From: Selaginella moellendorffii
Taxonomy: Eukaryota > Plantae > Lycopodiophyta
Length of the DNA stretch: 64,000 nucleotides
Direction: 5' to 3'
NCBI RefSeq assembly: GCF_000143415.4
Contig: NW_003314298.1
Location: 851,014-915,013 of the forward strand
Below the pieces are notes generated by a model. The model ran no database searches. It was not told where the DNA came from and worked only from the letters and a program-made list of their open reading frames with translations. A program made the position numbers and the translations under genes. Positions 51,510-62,680 of the stretch are shown here, piece by piece (position 1 is the stretch's first letter; each line of letters begins with the position of its first letter).

Positions 51510-54500
51510 TTACCTCCTTGAGGTTGAAGGCAACTCACGAAATCCTCTGAGCCGGCGTTTGAAGAAATGATGTTCTTCAATAGCAAACACCGACCTACCA
51601 GAGTCACGTGCTGCCTCCACCATAGAACCACTACCTGCTGTGCAATCAATCACAATACCATCTGGTGGGCAATAGAGCTCAAGCAAGACTTGCATTGCTG
51701 ATGGAGTTCGGAATCGGTACCCTGGAAACGTGTTGCGGATCTGCTCATCCACAAGGTTGGGTATGATGTTAGTGGAACTGTCGTACCCAGGCAAAACACG
51801 TGCTGCACGTTCGCTATCACGAAACCCATCATGTGTGTTTCTGCAGAAGGCATGATAGGTCCACATCATAACCTGGAAAATAAAAATGTTTAGAAATTAG
51901 ATAAAATTATAAAATACATACTCACCTTTTCAGGCTTCCCTTGGACGCCCCTTGTATCAACGCCAATAGGATCCATAATGCACCCAGAAGAGAATGACTT
52001 GAAATGAACTTCTGCTGCGCACGTCATAAGCTCATACATCCAGTTGGGGTCATTCGGTAGGATGAAGACGACATGGCCAGCTTCGAGCATAAGTACTTCG
52101 GACAATAGGAATGCATCGCGCAAGTGGTCAGGTGTGAGAAAGTTCCAATCCTCAACTTTCCCATCGATATCTGAAAGACCATCTGGAAAGTCGAAGAGAA
52201 TGAAGTCCGCAACTGGGAGCACGGGCCTTTGTATCTTTCGGCACCAACGGTTGAACTGGCGGCGTATATCCATGTTGATGTCGTCTTCCGTGAAAGATGT
52301 CAATAATCTACTGTAAGAGCCAATGAAGATACCCACAATGCCTCGTTGTGTTATTGGGGACACAGGACGGACCTATAAAAGAGCTAAGTGAATGAAAAAA
52401 GTAATAAATAGTATGATACCGTCATATGGCGTGTTGTCGATGAGAGTTCCTCCAACTCCTCTTCACGAGCATCTCGTCGAGCTGGAATGAAATTACTACC
52501 AACAGTCATTGCTGCAAAAAACATGTATTACCACCTTTAGTTTGTAAAATTCACTTTTGCTTACCTCGAGGTCGACGTGATATTCGGTGAACCACTTAAT
52601 CATCGTTATTTACTGGTAAAACCTGATCCGGATCTTGGTTGTTTGATGGTTGAATTGGAGCCTGTTCCTGACTGTCTGGTGGTGGAACATGAACTTGATC
52701 TGGAGCTTCCTCATCCTCGTCTCCATCGTCACTTGCATTGCCATCGTTGCTAGCATTGATAATTTCCTCGCGATCTAGTGTAGAGGTCTCCTTCCCTAGA
52801 AGCTCCAACTCCCAAGGGCATTCTATCTTCCGTGCCTTTGGAACTCTCGCAAACATTGTTGGATACATTCCTCCATCTCTTACACCCTTTGCAACAAGTC
52901 GAGTGCAAACTGGTGCCTCAAATGGCATGCCTCTATATCGAAGATACCTGTAAACAATATATTTAAAAAAACAGTCTTAGAAATCATATTATACCTATAA
53001 GCTGCACGTCGCATGAAATAAGGTTGACCATGTTGGCAATCATAAGTTGTTGTGCTTGTAGACTTCTCTGGCAGCCACCCCTCTTCGATCCCTTCCAATG
53101 ACGTGTTGATGTAGGTGTCGAAAGACATGAATGTGCCATCTGGATCGTCACCAATGTGTGGTGCCAAGAACTTCTCACCTTCACTTATAGTTTGCGTGAT
53201 GTAGACAGCCCTTCTCATCATGTTCTCAAATAGTTCTGGCAGTCCTTTCTCTCTGTTCATCAAGCAGACATTGAGGAACTCCAGAGTCTCTATCTGTTGC
53301 TTATATGGAAGCTTCGATTTTGCGATATTGTAAATCATATCATCTGGAGTTTTGTTCACTGCAAAAGTAACATATGCATAATTAAAAAAAATGAAGTGTG
53401 ATAAAAAACTTACATTCATGAGAAGAAATTTCGGCTATAGTCTCTAGCCACTCCTTCGGCCTGCGATTGTCTGCAATGCATACTAGTTTCTTCAACTTTG
53501 AGGACTTTGCATGCTGAATTTTGTGCTCAATTTGTACAAACTCAGCTGAGAGCTCTTCCCGACTCTTCTCCAGATATGCAAGTTCGTAAGCATCCTGCTT
53601 GACCTTCACCAAAGGCTAAAAACCAAAACAATTAAAAGAGGCTTTTATAAAATAAAAGGGAAAGACATACCTTACACCACACAGCGAGCATAAAACTGAT
53701 TGGGTTGTTGAACCAAGTTGTACCGTCATTTCGAGTGCGTGAGTGCCGAACAAGTGTTGCGAGATCATCACCATAATGTTGGCGGATGTCATCCTCACTC
53801 AAGTCTGCCAAAAATCGAAGTTGCTCAATGTCATGGACAAGATTTTGTTTTTGAACAGCGAACTGCCCAAGCCTACATTTAAACACAACAAAACAAGTTA
53901 AAGTGGAGTTAGAGGTAAAATTATAAAACTTACGCATTGATCTTTTGGCAGGCCAAGATAAGTCTGTTGACATCCAAAGGTCCCCTCGCGTAGACATGGC
54001 CGACTGGAACGTTGATATGGTAGATAGGATCATCGCGAAAATGATCGTCGATACACTTCATCCAAGCTCCATATCGGTGGTTACCGTCAATAATTTGGAA
54101 CATTGTCCCCGCAAGCTGTCGAGTCTCAGGATGTCTGATAAGCATGTCATCAAATTCTAGGGACTTCCTCCTCCAAATAGGATCCCAGCTATTCACAATC
54201 TCGGGTGTGACAGTAATGATCTCCGTTGTTCCTGGCTTGCAAAAAGAGACTAGAAACATACCGATATTTGTTGCAAGGCCATTCTGTTTGAACAAGCTGT
54301 ATATATCCGGGTTGACATACTTGGATGCTGTGCGGACAAGGTTCGTCTGCTGCAAACGGCAAAGGGGGATTTCTCTGATCAAGTCACAAGGGCCTGGCCA
54401 CTTGAGCGCCTCAAGTGTTTGGTGAACTGCTTTTTCCCTTGTCCGCATAACAGTCTCTTGGAAGCACTTGTCCACCACGTTGTCAGGAAGGTCTGCAACT

Positions 54501-55215
54501 CTTTCAGCTCCAGGTTGTTCCTCAGGTTCCCTATCGTGAACACCACTAGATTGACCAACTTCAGGGATTTGCGTTGGTGGTGGTGGCGGTGGTGGCGGGG
54601 GCAAAGGCAATAGTGGCAGTGGTGGTGGCAATGGTGGTGGTGGCGGTGGCGGCGGGGGCAGAGGCAATAGTGGTAGTGGTGGTGGCAATGGTGGTGGTGG
54701 CGGTGGCGATGGAGGTGGTGGAGGTGGTGATGGAGGTGGTGGAGGTGGCGATGGCGGTGGTGGAGGTGGTGATGGTGGAGGTGATGGTGGTGGAGGTGGT
54801 GAATCTCTATCTAAATGTGTCTCTGTTGTGCCAATGGACATGTCGATTGTGATGTCGTCGTCAGTGCCAAATTGAACTTCTCGTGTCTTCTTGGCTCCAA
54901 CAACCTTTTTCTGTGTTACAATTTTCCTTTTCTGCAAGAGAAAAAGTTTTGTTAGTCAAACTAAATAAAGATAATGAGAAATTCAAACAATCAAAGAGAA
55001 AAAAAAAATCAAGTGGGCCTAGACTCCACCTCGGGCACTTTGGCTGCCCAGGGGGCCGAGGTTATTCAAATAACCTCGGCCCCTCGGCAAGCAAAACTGC
55101 CCGAGGTGGCCCGCCCGAGCTCGACCTCGGCCAGCAAAGAAGCAATCAAGAAAAAAAAGGGAAGAAATGGAATGGAAGTGGAAGCAATCAAATCGAAACT
55201 CACCCTTGGCGGCAT
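51510..55215 (-). CDS. ParB-like domain + beta-class N6A/N4C DNA methyltransferase fusion, multi-exon; one premature stop (52598-52596)
   Basis: MPPR|KRKIVTQKK (NLS-like), poly-Pro, ParB-like EIPLCRLQ...FQIIDGNHRYGAW. C-terminal motif IV-like ADFILFDFPDG precedes motif X/I LLELYCPPDGIVIDCTAGSGSMVEAARDSGRSVFAIE. Exons join in frame through GT-AG introns. Confidence 0.8.
55026..55109. repeat. ~41-bp-stem GC-rich hairpin in intron 1 of the ParB-MTase gene
   Basis: CCACCTCGGGCA...GGGGCCGAGGTTATT-CA-AATAACCTCGGCCCC...TGCCCGAGGTGG. Confidence 0.9.
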
Positions 55216-55254
55216 CTTTCCTCCCTCGATTTCTTGATCGTGCTAGATTTCTTG

Positions 55255-55490
55255 TGCGCTCAATCTCTCCTTGCACGCTCAATCTCTCCTGCTTGCGCGC
55301 TCAATCTCTCCCGCTCGCGCGCTCAAACTCTCCCGCTCGCGCGCTCAATCTCTCGATCTCTTGCGCGCTCAATCTCTCGATCTCTTGCGCGCTCAATCTC
55401 TCGATCTCTTGCACGCTCAATCGCTCGATCTCCTTTGCGCTCAATCCCTCGATCTCCTTCGCGCTCAATCTCTCGATCTCTCGCGCGCTC
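55255..55490. repeat. ~10 tandem 20-24-bp units (gcgcgctcaatctctcgatctctt) directly upstream of the ParB-MTase ATG
   Basis: Visible array; CCCTAA telo-like motifs follow at 55528-55567. Confidence 0.9.
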
Positions 55491-56643
55491 CACTCACGAT
55501 GCGAACAGTAACCTAATCTTGGCGGCTACCCTAACCCTAATCCTGACGGCTGCCCTAACCCTAACCTATCTCTCATCCTGGCCGTTCATTCCGAATAACC
55601 TAAATCTCAACCATCACAATATCTTTGATCTTATTTTATCTTATCATTATTATTATATGTAAATTATGCTTCTTTATTTTGTATATTTTAATGATGGTAT
55701 AACTAGCACCTATCAACATTTCTGTTATTAGAGATATGATATTATATTTTACAAATTATCTAGAAAGGATGCATTCTCATCACTATTTTGTACATATTTT
55801 GGAATCGTTACAAGAACTTCAAAGAGTATAAATAAGGCACGTTAAAATATGTTGTACTATATCCATCTATGAATGGATGAATCCGCATCCAGAAATTTAT
55901 TTTGTACTGTATTAGATCCTAAACAATAGGCACGTGCTTTAAATGTCATTGAGCAGTGTTCATAATTATGGATAAAACTTGAGTTGTACTACGAATCAAA
56001 TCTGTTATTGAAGAATAAGATTTGACAAGATTTATTATCATCTACCACTTAAAATTTGACAACTTGACATATCACACGTGCTGATAGTTAGATTGGATCT
56101 CTTGGTTTGACACGTTATAGCAGAATGTCATTACTGGTATCATTATTAACTATCAAACTTCACGTGCTGAAAATCTTTCCTTGGATCTATGTGTATACAT
56201 GCATCAGACATCATAATAGATGACAGTAATATTAATACTGTCACACTTACACATGTTAAATTTGCTATAGAATTTAAATTCATTTTGTACGTTGTCTTCT
56301 TATTACTCTATTTAAATTTCAATTATGTTTCACTATAGATTTTTACAAGTAGCATAAAGAGAGAGAACTCCAAAACCTATTGAGAAGGATGGAGAGGTTT
56401 CTTCTTCATTTTCGAGATCACCCACCTCTTTCATTCTCTCAGAGTATTGTTTCTGAAAGTTTTTTATGTCGGCGTTTTGATCTTCGTCTTGGCTCTATTT
56501 CTTTAGAGGCTGTGATCCGCAACGACACCGGTATAGTTGCATACTCGGAGTTTCTTCTTTCTGGTGTGGGCGAGGGTGGACAACAATGGGATTTACAAAA
56601 TTCCAAGTCAAAGGAGATTCGAGTGTTTGGATCTCCAGTCAAA

Positions 56644-59600
56644 ATGCCAAAATGCGCTCCAGCGAAAGTGAATGTGAAGCAAGAGTCAGTCGTTATCCTC
56701 TCGTCCTCTTCTAGTTCAAGTGAAGATGTCATGCTAGTGTCGGCGCCAAATTCACCAGCTCCAGCTCCAACTTCAGCAATATTCAAAGCCGTTAGCAATG
56801 CTTTCCAATTTTCACGCCTCTCAATCGACGTGCACTTGTTTTTGTATAGGCTTGTGAGTGAGCTTCCATCCTCCTACAACGGCAACATTTTCTTCGAGCT
56901 ACCACCTCTTGTCAGCAGCACAGGTTCCAAACGGAAGGGGATGGAAACCAAGCAGGATGTCCACAATTGGTGCAAGATCAAGACCACACACTTTCAACAT
57001 TTTGAAGGCACAGTGTCTATAGTTCATTGTGGCGGGCATTTAGATTGTGTGGATGAAGCATGCAATCGAGACCGCTCTAGAAACTCTATATTTTTCGAAG
57101 GGTCTGCAGTCAATCCTCCAGCCTGTGACACCATTGCTGTTGGATTCAAATGTTGATTCTGCAAAAATGCTCCTCTATGTCGTGCTATCTGCGAGGCCAA
57201 GATGTACTACTTTCTTCCACGGGATGGAGTGGCTGGAAGAGCTGCAGTGCATGTTGGCACACATATGCATCCAATGCAGGAAGGGATACAAAGGAGTTCT
57301 CTCAACCGTTTCAAAGATGCTGTACAGGAAGAGACTATGAGAAACTCATCTGCAACTCCGAAGCATGTTCAGAAGACCGTCCTCAAGGATTTTATCGCAA
57401 ATACCTTACTCAATCCAGGTTGCCAAAAGACTCAACTAAACGAGGCTAGCTTGCGGGACTTACTACGAGGAGTACAACCTGCTACTAGCCTAAGGAGGTA
57501 TATCCATTATTTTTCATACGTTATAATAATAATTTTTTCTTACATTATATTGTTTAGGATAAAATCTTGGATGTGTGAATCTCGAGAGGGGAAGTTGCAA
57601 TCAAAAATTGACTCCATCCTTGAATTGAAACGGACCTGTCCATACGAGTTCATCCACGGAAGTTTGTTTCCAGACCAAGTTGTGAATGAGAAAGAGCGCC
57701 CCTTCGTCTTCAAAATGTCTACCATGGGCCCTGCCTCTGGTGTAGATCTTGTCTCCCGAATGGACATGTTTGGGTCCAGTGACCTTGCAAATGCATGGGT
57801 ACATTTTGACCATATGGAGCGTGTATCCGGTTGGACAACCATGGGAGCTCATGTGTATGATCCAAGGTAATTTTTATTCTCATTATATTGAAATTGTTAT
57901 AATATTTATGTTTTCATAGGCTACGTTGTAACTTAACAATTGCGACAGCAGAGTTTAAAGTACAAGACCAGACAGCACAGGAAATATTTTGGAAGTCCCT
58001 CTCTGATATTGTCCTAAAGCGGACTGGTAAGCCTGCAAACTTTCGTGGTTTCATGGCAGATGGGGCTGGTGCAAACTGGAATGGTATCCGAGCAGTTTTT
58101 GGGAATGGTCAACCATTGGAAGGTCGTGAGAGGACTTGTGAGTTCCATTGGGCTCAAAGCCTAAACCAGCACTGCCACCTTATCAAGCCAGAGTTTCAAT
58201 CAATATTTAAGGAGTTGTGCAAACAATGGCAGGTTGCACCTTCTGAAGAAGAGCATGAGGCAAAAGCAAATGAGATCCGAATGTGGTGGCGTGAAGATGG
58301 CCATACAGACGTAAGTTGCCTACCACAACTTGAGTCATGGTTAGGATGGTGGGAAGTTAGGATGTTCCAATGGGGACATCACTCTTTTCAGGTTGGTTTA
58401 TATTTTTTCTTCTCCTTTTATTACCTTTTAATATTGCCTTTTCCATTAGGATCAACCACTTGAGGACCTCGCATACACCCCAACTGTGAATCTCTCCGAA
58501 AGTAAGCATTGGAGTTGGCGTTCCTCTGAGGCAGGGAAAGGGAAGATGAGTCTATACGAAGCCTGTCTATCAGATTTGATACGTGCTATAGAGCAATCTT
58601 CAAAAGCACTGGCATTCGAGGAAGGAAGATACATGGGAACAGGGCCTTCTGTTGAGATGTTACATGATAGGATGAAGAGAAAATTAACTCCACCCGCCCG
58701 AACAGTGGCAACTGCAGTTGAGGAAGTGGTCCATGGCACATCTATGGAGTACACTCCCCGAGCTTCTATTGGTGATATGAAGACTGTCCGCTCAAAGCGT
58801 CGTTTTTCCTTTGCTGGGGAAGATGTTGGTACGGACCTTGGAGCAAAAAGCTCCCACAGGCCTGATGTCGAGTACCATTCTGCTCCAAGACACCGCTCTC
58901 GGACTGAGCCACCTCAAGTGGCTGATGAAGAGAGTGCATCGCAACAGGTTGAAATTGCTTACCGTAACGTGGAGCCGAAGCAATGGGCAATCTGACGTGT
59001 GCCAGCAAAATCAAATGTAAGGTGTGTGGGGATGCTTCCAAGGGGCAAGTGTTGGGCCTGGATTCGTGGTGAAAAATCTGCTTCTGTTCCAGCCCCATGT
59101 TTCTATGGGGAACGAAAGCAAGCAGGATTTTCAAGATGGTGCTGGCTATATTGTTGCAACACCGACGCCAACCATACGAAGCGGCTTGAAGACACTATAG
59201 TGACTAAACCTGATGCAGTACCTAAAGAATGGCCAGTTGTTAATGGGGTCGCGCTCACCTCGGATGAGATTGAAAACCTTGAGAAATCTGGTTTTAATCT
59301 TGAGAGGAGAGTTGGAGACATGAGTGACAGGAGCAGGACTATTCCTACAGAGATGCACAGGAGGCCAGCACGAAAAGGTAAAGCAGTTAAATTTATTGGT
59401 ACCGTCTCCAAGCAGAAGCAAGGTAAAATAAACTTGGCTCAAACACTTGAGTGTGAGATTCTCTCTACGAAGTACATCACTGCGCTTGCAAAGGAGTACA
59501 TAGTCAAAACAGAAGGTGGAGAGTACACAATTGCCATTCACGACTTTCCTTCTTGCACATGTCCAGACTTTACGAAGCGCGAGGAACATGGGAAGGCATA

Positions 59601-59727
59601 TGCTCCTTGCAAGCATATGTACTACATCTTCATCAACATCTTGCACCAGGATCCTAAAGTGGATATTCATATACACCAAGCAAGCCTTACTATTGCTGAG
59701 TTGCAAAAAACTTTTGGAGCTAATTAA
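56644..59727 (+). pseudogene. MULE-type DDE transposase with N-terminal Cys/His (GCM/WRKY-like) domain and C-terminal SWIM finger; two in-frame stops
   Basis: WVHFDHMER; FMADGAGANWNGIRAVFG...RTCEFHW (second D + CxxH); TVNLSESKH (E); SWIM CTCPDF...CKH. TGA at 57154 and 58993, both plausibly from CGA. Confidence 0.85.
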
Positions 59728-59818
59728 ATTTCTCCAACACTATCGATGTTTATTCTCTATCAATAAAACTTATTATACTTTATATAATTAATACAAATGT
59801 GCTTTTTCATTTCACTTT

Positions 59819-60271
59819 TCATTTTATATGCTTCCGAGTGTTCTTCTCGCAATACTGCCCATAGTACTCGTGTGTCTCCATTTCTGTCTTTACCATCTCA
59901 AAAAAGATTTCATGGTAGTCTTTCGGGTGCGTGATGTTGCAGTGTGTCGCAAGAGCATATATACCATCATACTGATCATTGCCATTGTTTCCACCAGACG
60001 CTAGAAAACATATGGGGCACTTCTTGAAAGTGGCAGAATTGCATTTTTCTAAAACAAGTAAGAGGGCATTCTTTTTCACCCAATTTGTTGCACCCTCTGT
60101 CATTGCATTTATCTCCAACTCATGATCACTATCCTCACTATCCTCTCTTTCATTCTCTTGTGTGATTTGGTTATGCTGTGCAATGGGATAGTTATTGCAT
60201 CTCCTAGCCCTTGAGCCCTGGGAAGAAAGATTGTGAGAGTTAAAATTACCAACACTAGAACCCATAGACAT
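59819..60271 (-). CDS. Small transposon-borne zinc-finger protein (zf-XS-like), copy B
   Basis: Intact ORF; KCPICFL..GG...YDGIYALATHC...YHEIFFEMVKTEMETHEYY; paralogous to 50427-50972. Confidence 0.6.
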   Translation of the reverse strand: MSMGSSVGNFNSHNLSSQGSRARRCNNYPIAQHNQITQENEREDSEDSDHELEINAMTEGATNWVKKNALLLVLEKCNSATFKKCPICFLASGGNNGNDQYDGIYALATHCNITHPKDYHEIFFEMVKTEMETHEYYGQYCEKNTRKHIK

Positions 60272-60813
60272 TTGTGGGTGTATTTCCCTTTTTTCGAATG
60301 AGAGTGTGAATGAAGATCTATAAATTCTAGACAGTATGCTACGACAAACCCCTCAAGAATGTATTCTACAAAGAACCAAGTCTTTCTTTTATATGCAATA
60401 AGCTTACATCAACGGTTATTTTTTTTCCTTTCAAACGGTTATATGGTTTCCCATAGAATCTTATTTCAAATTTAATAATTTTTTAATTCTGACAAACCTA
60501 ACATTTACTAGCCAGAAAGCATAGAGTACAAATTTAAAGAAGTGACAAGAATACTCTTTTTTCAAACATTTTATTTTATGTTCTAACAAATGTCCCTATC
60601 ATTGCATGTAGTAAATATTTAAATTATTAGAACAAAATGTGTTCTTTAGAACATTTTTATCTATATAATATATAGAGAGTTATTAAATTATTAGGTTCGC
60701 CATAACCTTAAAATTTTAAAATTTATAATGTTTGTACTAAATTACAATTGAAAATTGAGCTCAACTCGTGAGCTCAACTCTTCAACTCGTGAGCTCAAGT
60801 ATGGTCCGCGCCC

Positions 60814-62270
60814 CTGTTGGAGAGATCTCAAGAGGAGAAGAGAGTAGTGACTTGAAGGGGAGCTTACAAGCCACCCTCTGTGTCACTAGATCTGGTGCCG
60901 ACAGAGATTCACTCTCAATTGCCACCGGGGGATCTGTGGCAGGCTGAGCGGGTGCCTTCTTCTTCGCTTGGGCTCGAGTGGTTGCAGTTTGCTACTGTTG
61001 CCTATAGTGTTCTTTGGCTACCAAAATCATGTTGACCAATGAAGCTGGTGCCTTGCCTTTGCTTGACAAAGAGGTTGCCTCAATTGCTTGTCGCTCTAGT
61101 TGCTCTTGATATATCTCTAGACCCCGAGGTGATATGGACTTGTCAGAAAAGGGACGTTGTTGGACACGTTGAGAAGGTGGAGGCTGAAGCTCTGGGTGAA
61201 GCTTGAAGCAATTCTGCGTGTTGTGTGTGTTTGTCTCGCAGTGAGTGCACCAACGAGATTTAAATCTGTATTCCCAAGCTGTAGCGGCCTCTTTCCTAGA
61301 CTCCACCAGCTCCTAGAGTAGTTTATCATGGTGTGATTGCTGCTGAAGAATGATCTCCTTCAGCTGCCGCATCTCGTTGGCAAAGTTCTCAATAGCCAGA
61401 GGTGTATACTCAATAGCGATGGGCTTTGTTGTGGACGGGCGAACAGCTACACAAGGTGACTCTAATGGGGTGATGGCTTGGTCCAAATCAACTCTAGCAA
61501 TCCCCAGGTCGACAACAAGCTCTCTTTCCAGCTTCGTGGCAAATGAAAATGCCTCGCAGCAAGACCTGAATGTCTTCTTAAGAAGTTTCTGTTGCAAGTT
61601 CCCATGTAGACCTGCTGTGAATGCCGTGATCCCCTGTTGCTCATCTTGGACCAATCGACAATCCCAACACTGCTTCCAGTATGCTCAAAACCGGGTGATG
61701 TAGTTAGGAACAGACTCGCAAGCACCCTACTGGAACGAAAAGAGGTTGACAAGTAGCCGATTTGTGGGTTTTTCTTCAATGAAATGTTCTTTGAAAGAAG
61801 CAAGCAGTGTCTGGAAGTCTGTCTGGTCCTCTAGGAGGAGAGAATCTACCCAAGTTGCTACTTTGCCTTCAAGAGATTGCAAGAAGTTGCGGCACATACG
61901 TCATCATCGACGATCGTGTTTGTGGTGTAGTAGTAATCAAAGCTACTGATATGCGATGTTGGAGAGACTGTTCCAACACCTGAGAAGGTTGGTAGATCAC
62001 TCCCCTTCTGCAGAACATGGAGCTGAGGTCAAGCTAAAGGTGGCTGCGCCATAGCTCGTAGATCCAAGTCACTGGAATCTGCCGAGGATGAAAAGGACTT
62101 GGCCTGAGAAGGTGCAGTGTCGTACCTAAGCTGCCTTTGGATGTTAGAAAGCTTACTGCATACCTTAGGGCCTTGAGGTATGGTAAAAGGGTGCCAATTT
62201 GTTGTACGTCTAGTTTGTACCAGCATCAAATACCCTAAACACTGCAAATGCCCGATCAAGGCAACTAGGT
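60814..62270 (-). mobile_element. gag and leader of the Tat-type retrotransposon interrupted by the MULE; its LTR probably continues toward the window end
   Basis: Degenerate gag FTAGLHGNLQQKL and zinc knuckle WCTHCETNTHNTQNC; frame is continuous with the 44510-49116 segment once the MULE is removed. Confidence 0.8.
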
Positions 62271-62477
62271 TGACAGGAGCAAGAAGACTATAGGCTAGTG
62301 CTCAAGTTGCTCAAGGTTGCCCAAAATGCTTGTGACAAAGAGAAATAAGGTGAAAATGGAAGGAGATGTAGGCCTCAAGCACACATAACCGTTAACCCAT
62401 AGGGTAACCGCTAAAGTAGCCATTGGGGTAGCTGCTGGGGTAGCCGGTAACTGATAACTAGTAACCAGTAACTTGTA

Positions 62478-62680
62478 ACCTGTAACCCCTGCTCTCGCTC
62501 CTACTCCTGTGCTTGCTTCAACACCAACTCCTATCCCTGCATCTGCTCCTACTGTCCCTGTTCCTACCCCAACCCTTGTTCCTGCTCCTCTTGTTCCTGT
62601 TCCCACACACACTCCTATTCTTGTTCCTCCTGTCTCTGTTCCTACACTAACTCCTATTCCTGTTCCTATATCTACCTACT
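62478..62680. repeat. Low-complexity hexamer repeat (cctgtt/cctact-like)
   Basis: Degenerate 6-bp periodicity that produces a spurious Pro/Val/Thr ORF. Confidence 0.8.

Larger units (their letters stand above)
49117..60813. mobile_element. 11.7-kb Mutator-like (MULE) DNA transposon with cargo genes
   Basis: TSD CTGTTGGA at 49109-49116 and 60814-60821 (9 bp if the next G is counted). Imperfect TIRs GGGGATGGTCCAAAGTTGAG / CTCAAGTATGGTCCGCGCCC with inverted GAGTTGAGCTCA subterminal repeats. Removing the element restores the host frame PLEISPTAIPVLEPVLQQLVDTPVTFLLQDML. Confidence 0.92.

Noticed and set aside
51510-55215. Bacterial/phage contamination as the source of the ParB-MTase
   Set aside because: The gene has multiple GT-AG introns, an NLS-like start and poly-Pro, and lies inside a TSD-flanked element nested in a plant retrotransposon.
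54883-55662. Overlapping + strand ORFs with ARSISRSL repeats
   Set aside because: Artefact of the 24-bp tandem array, antisense to the real gene.
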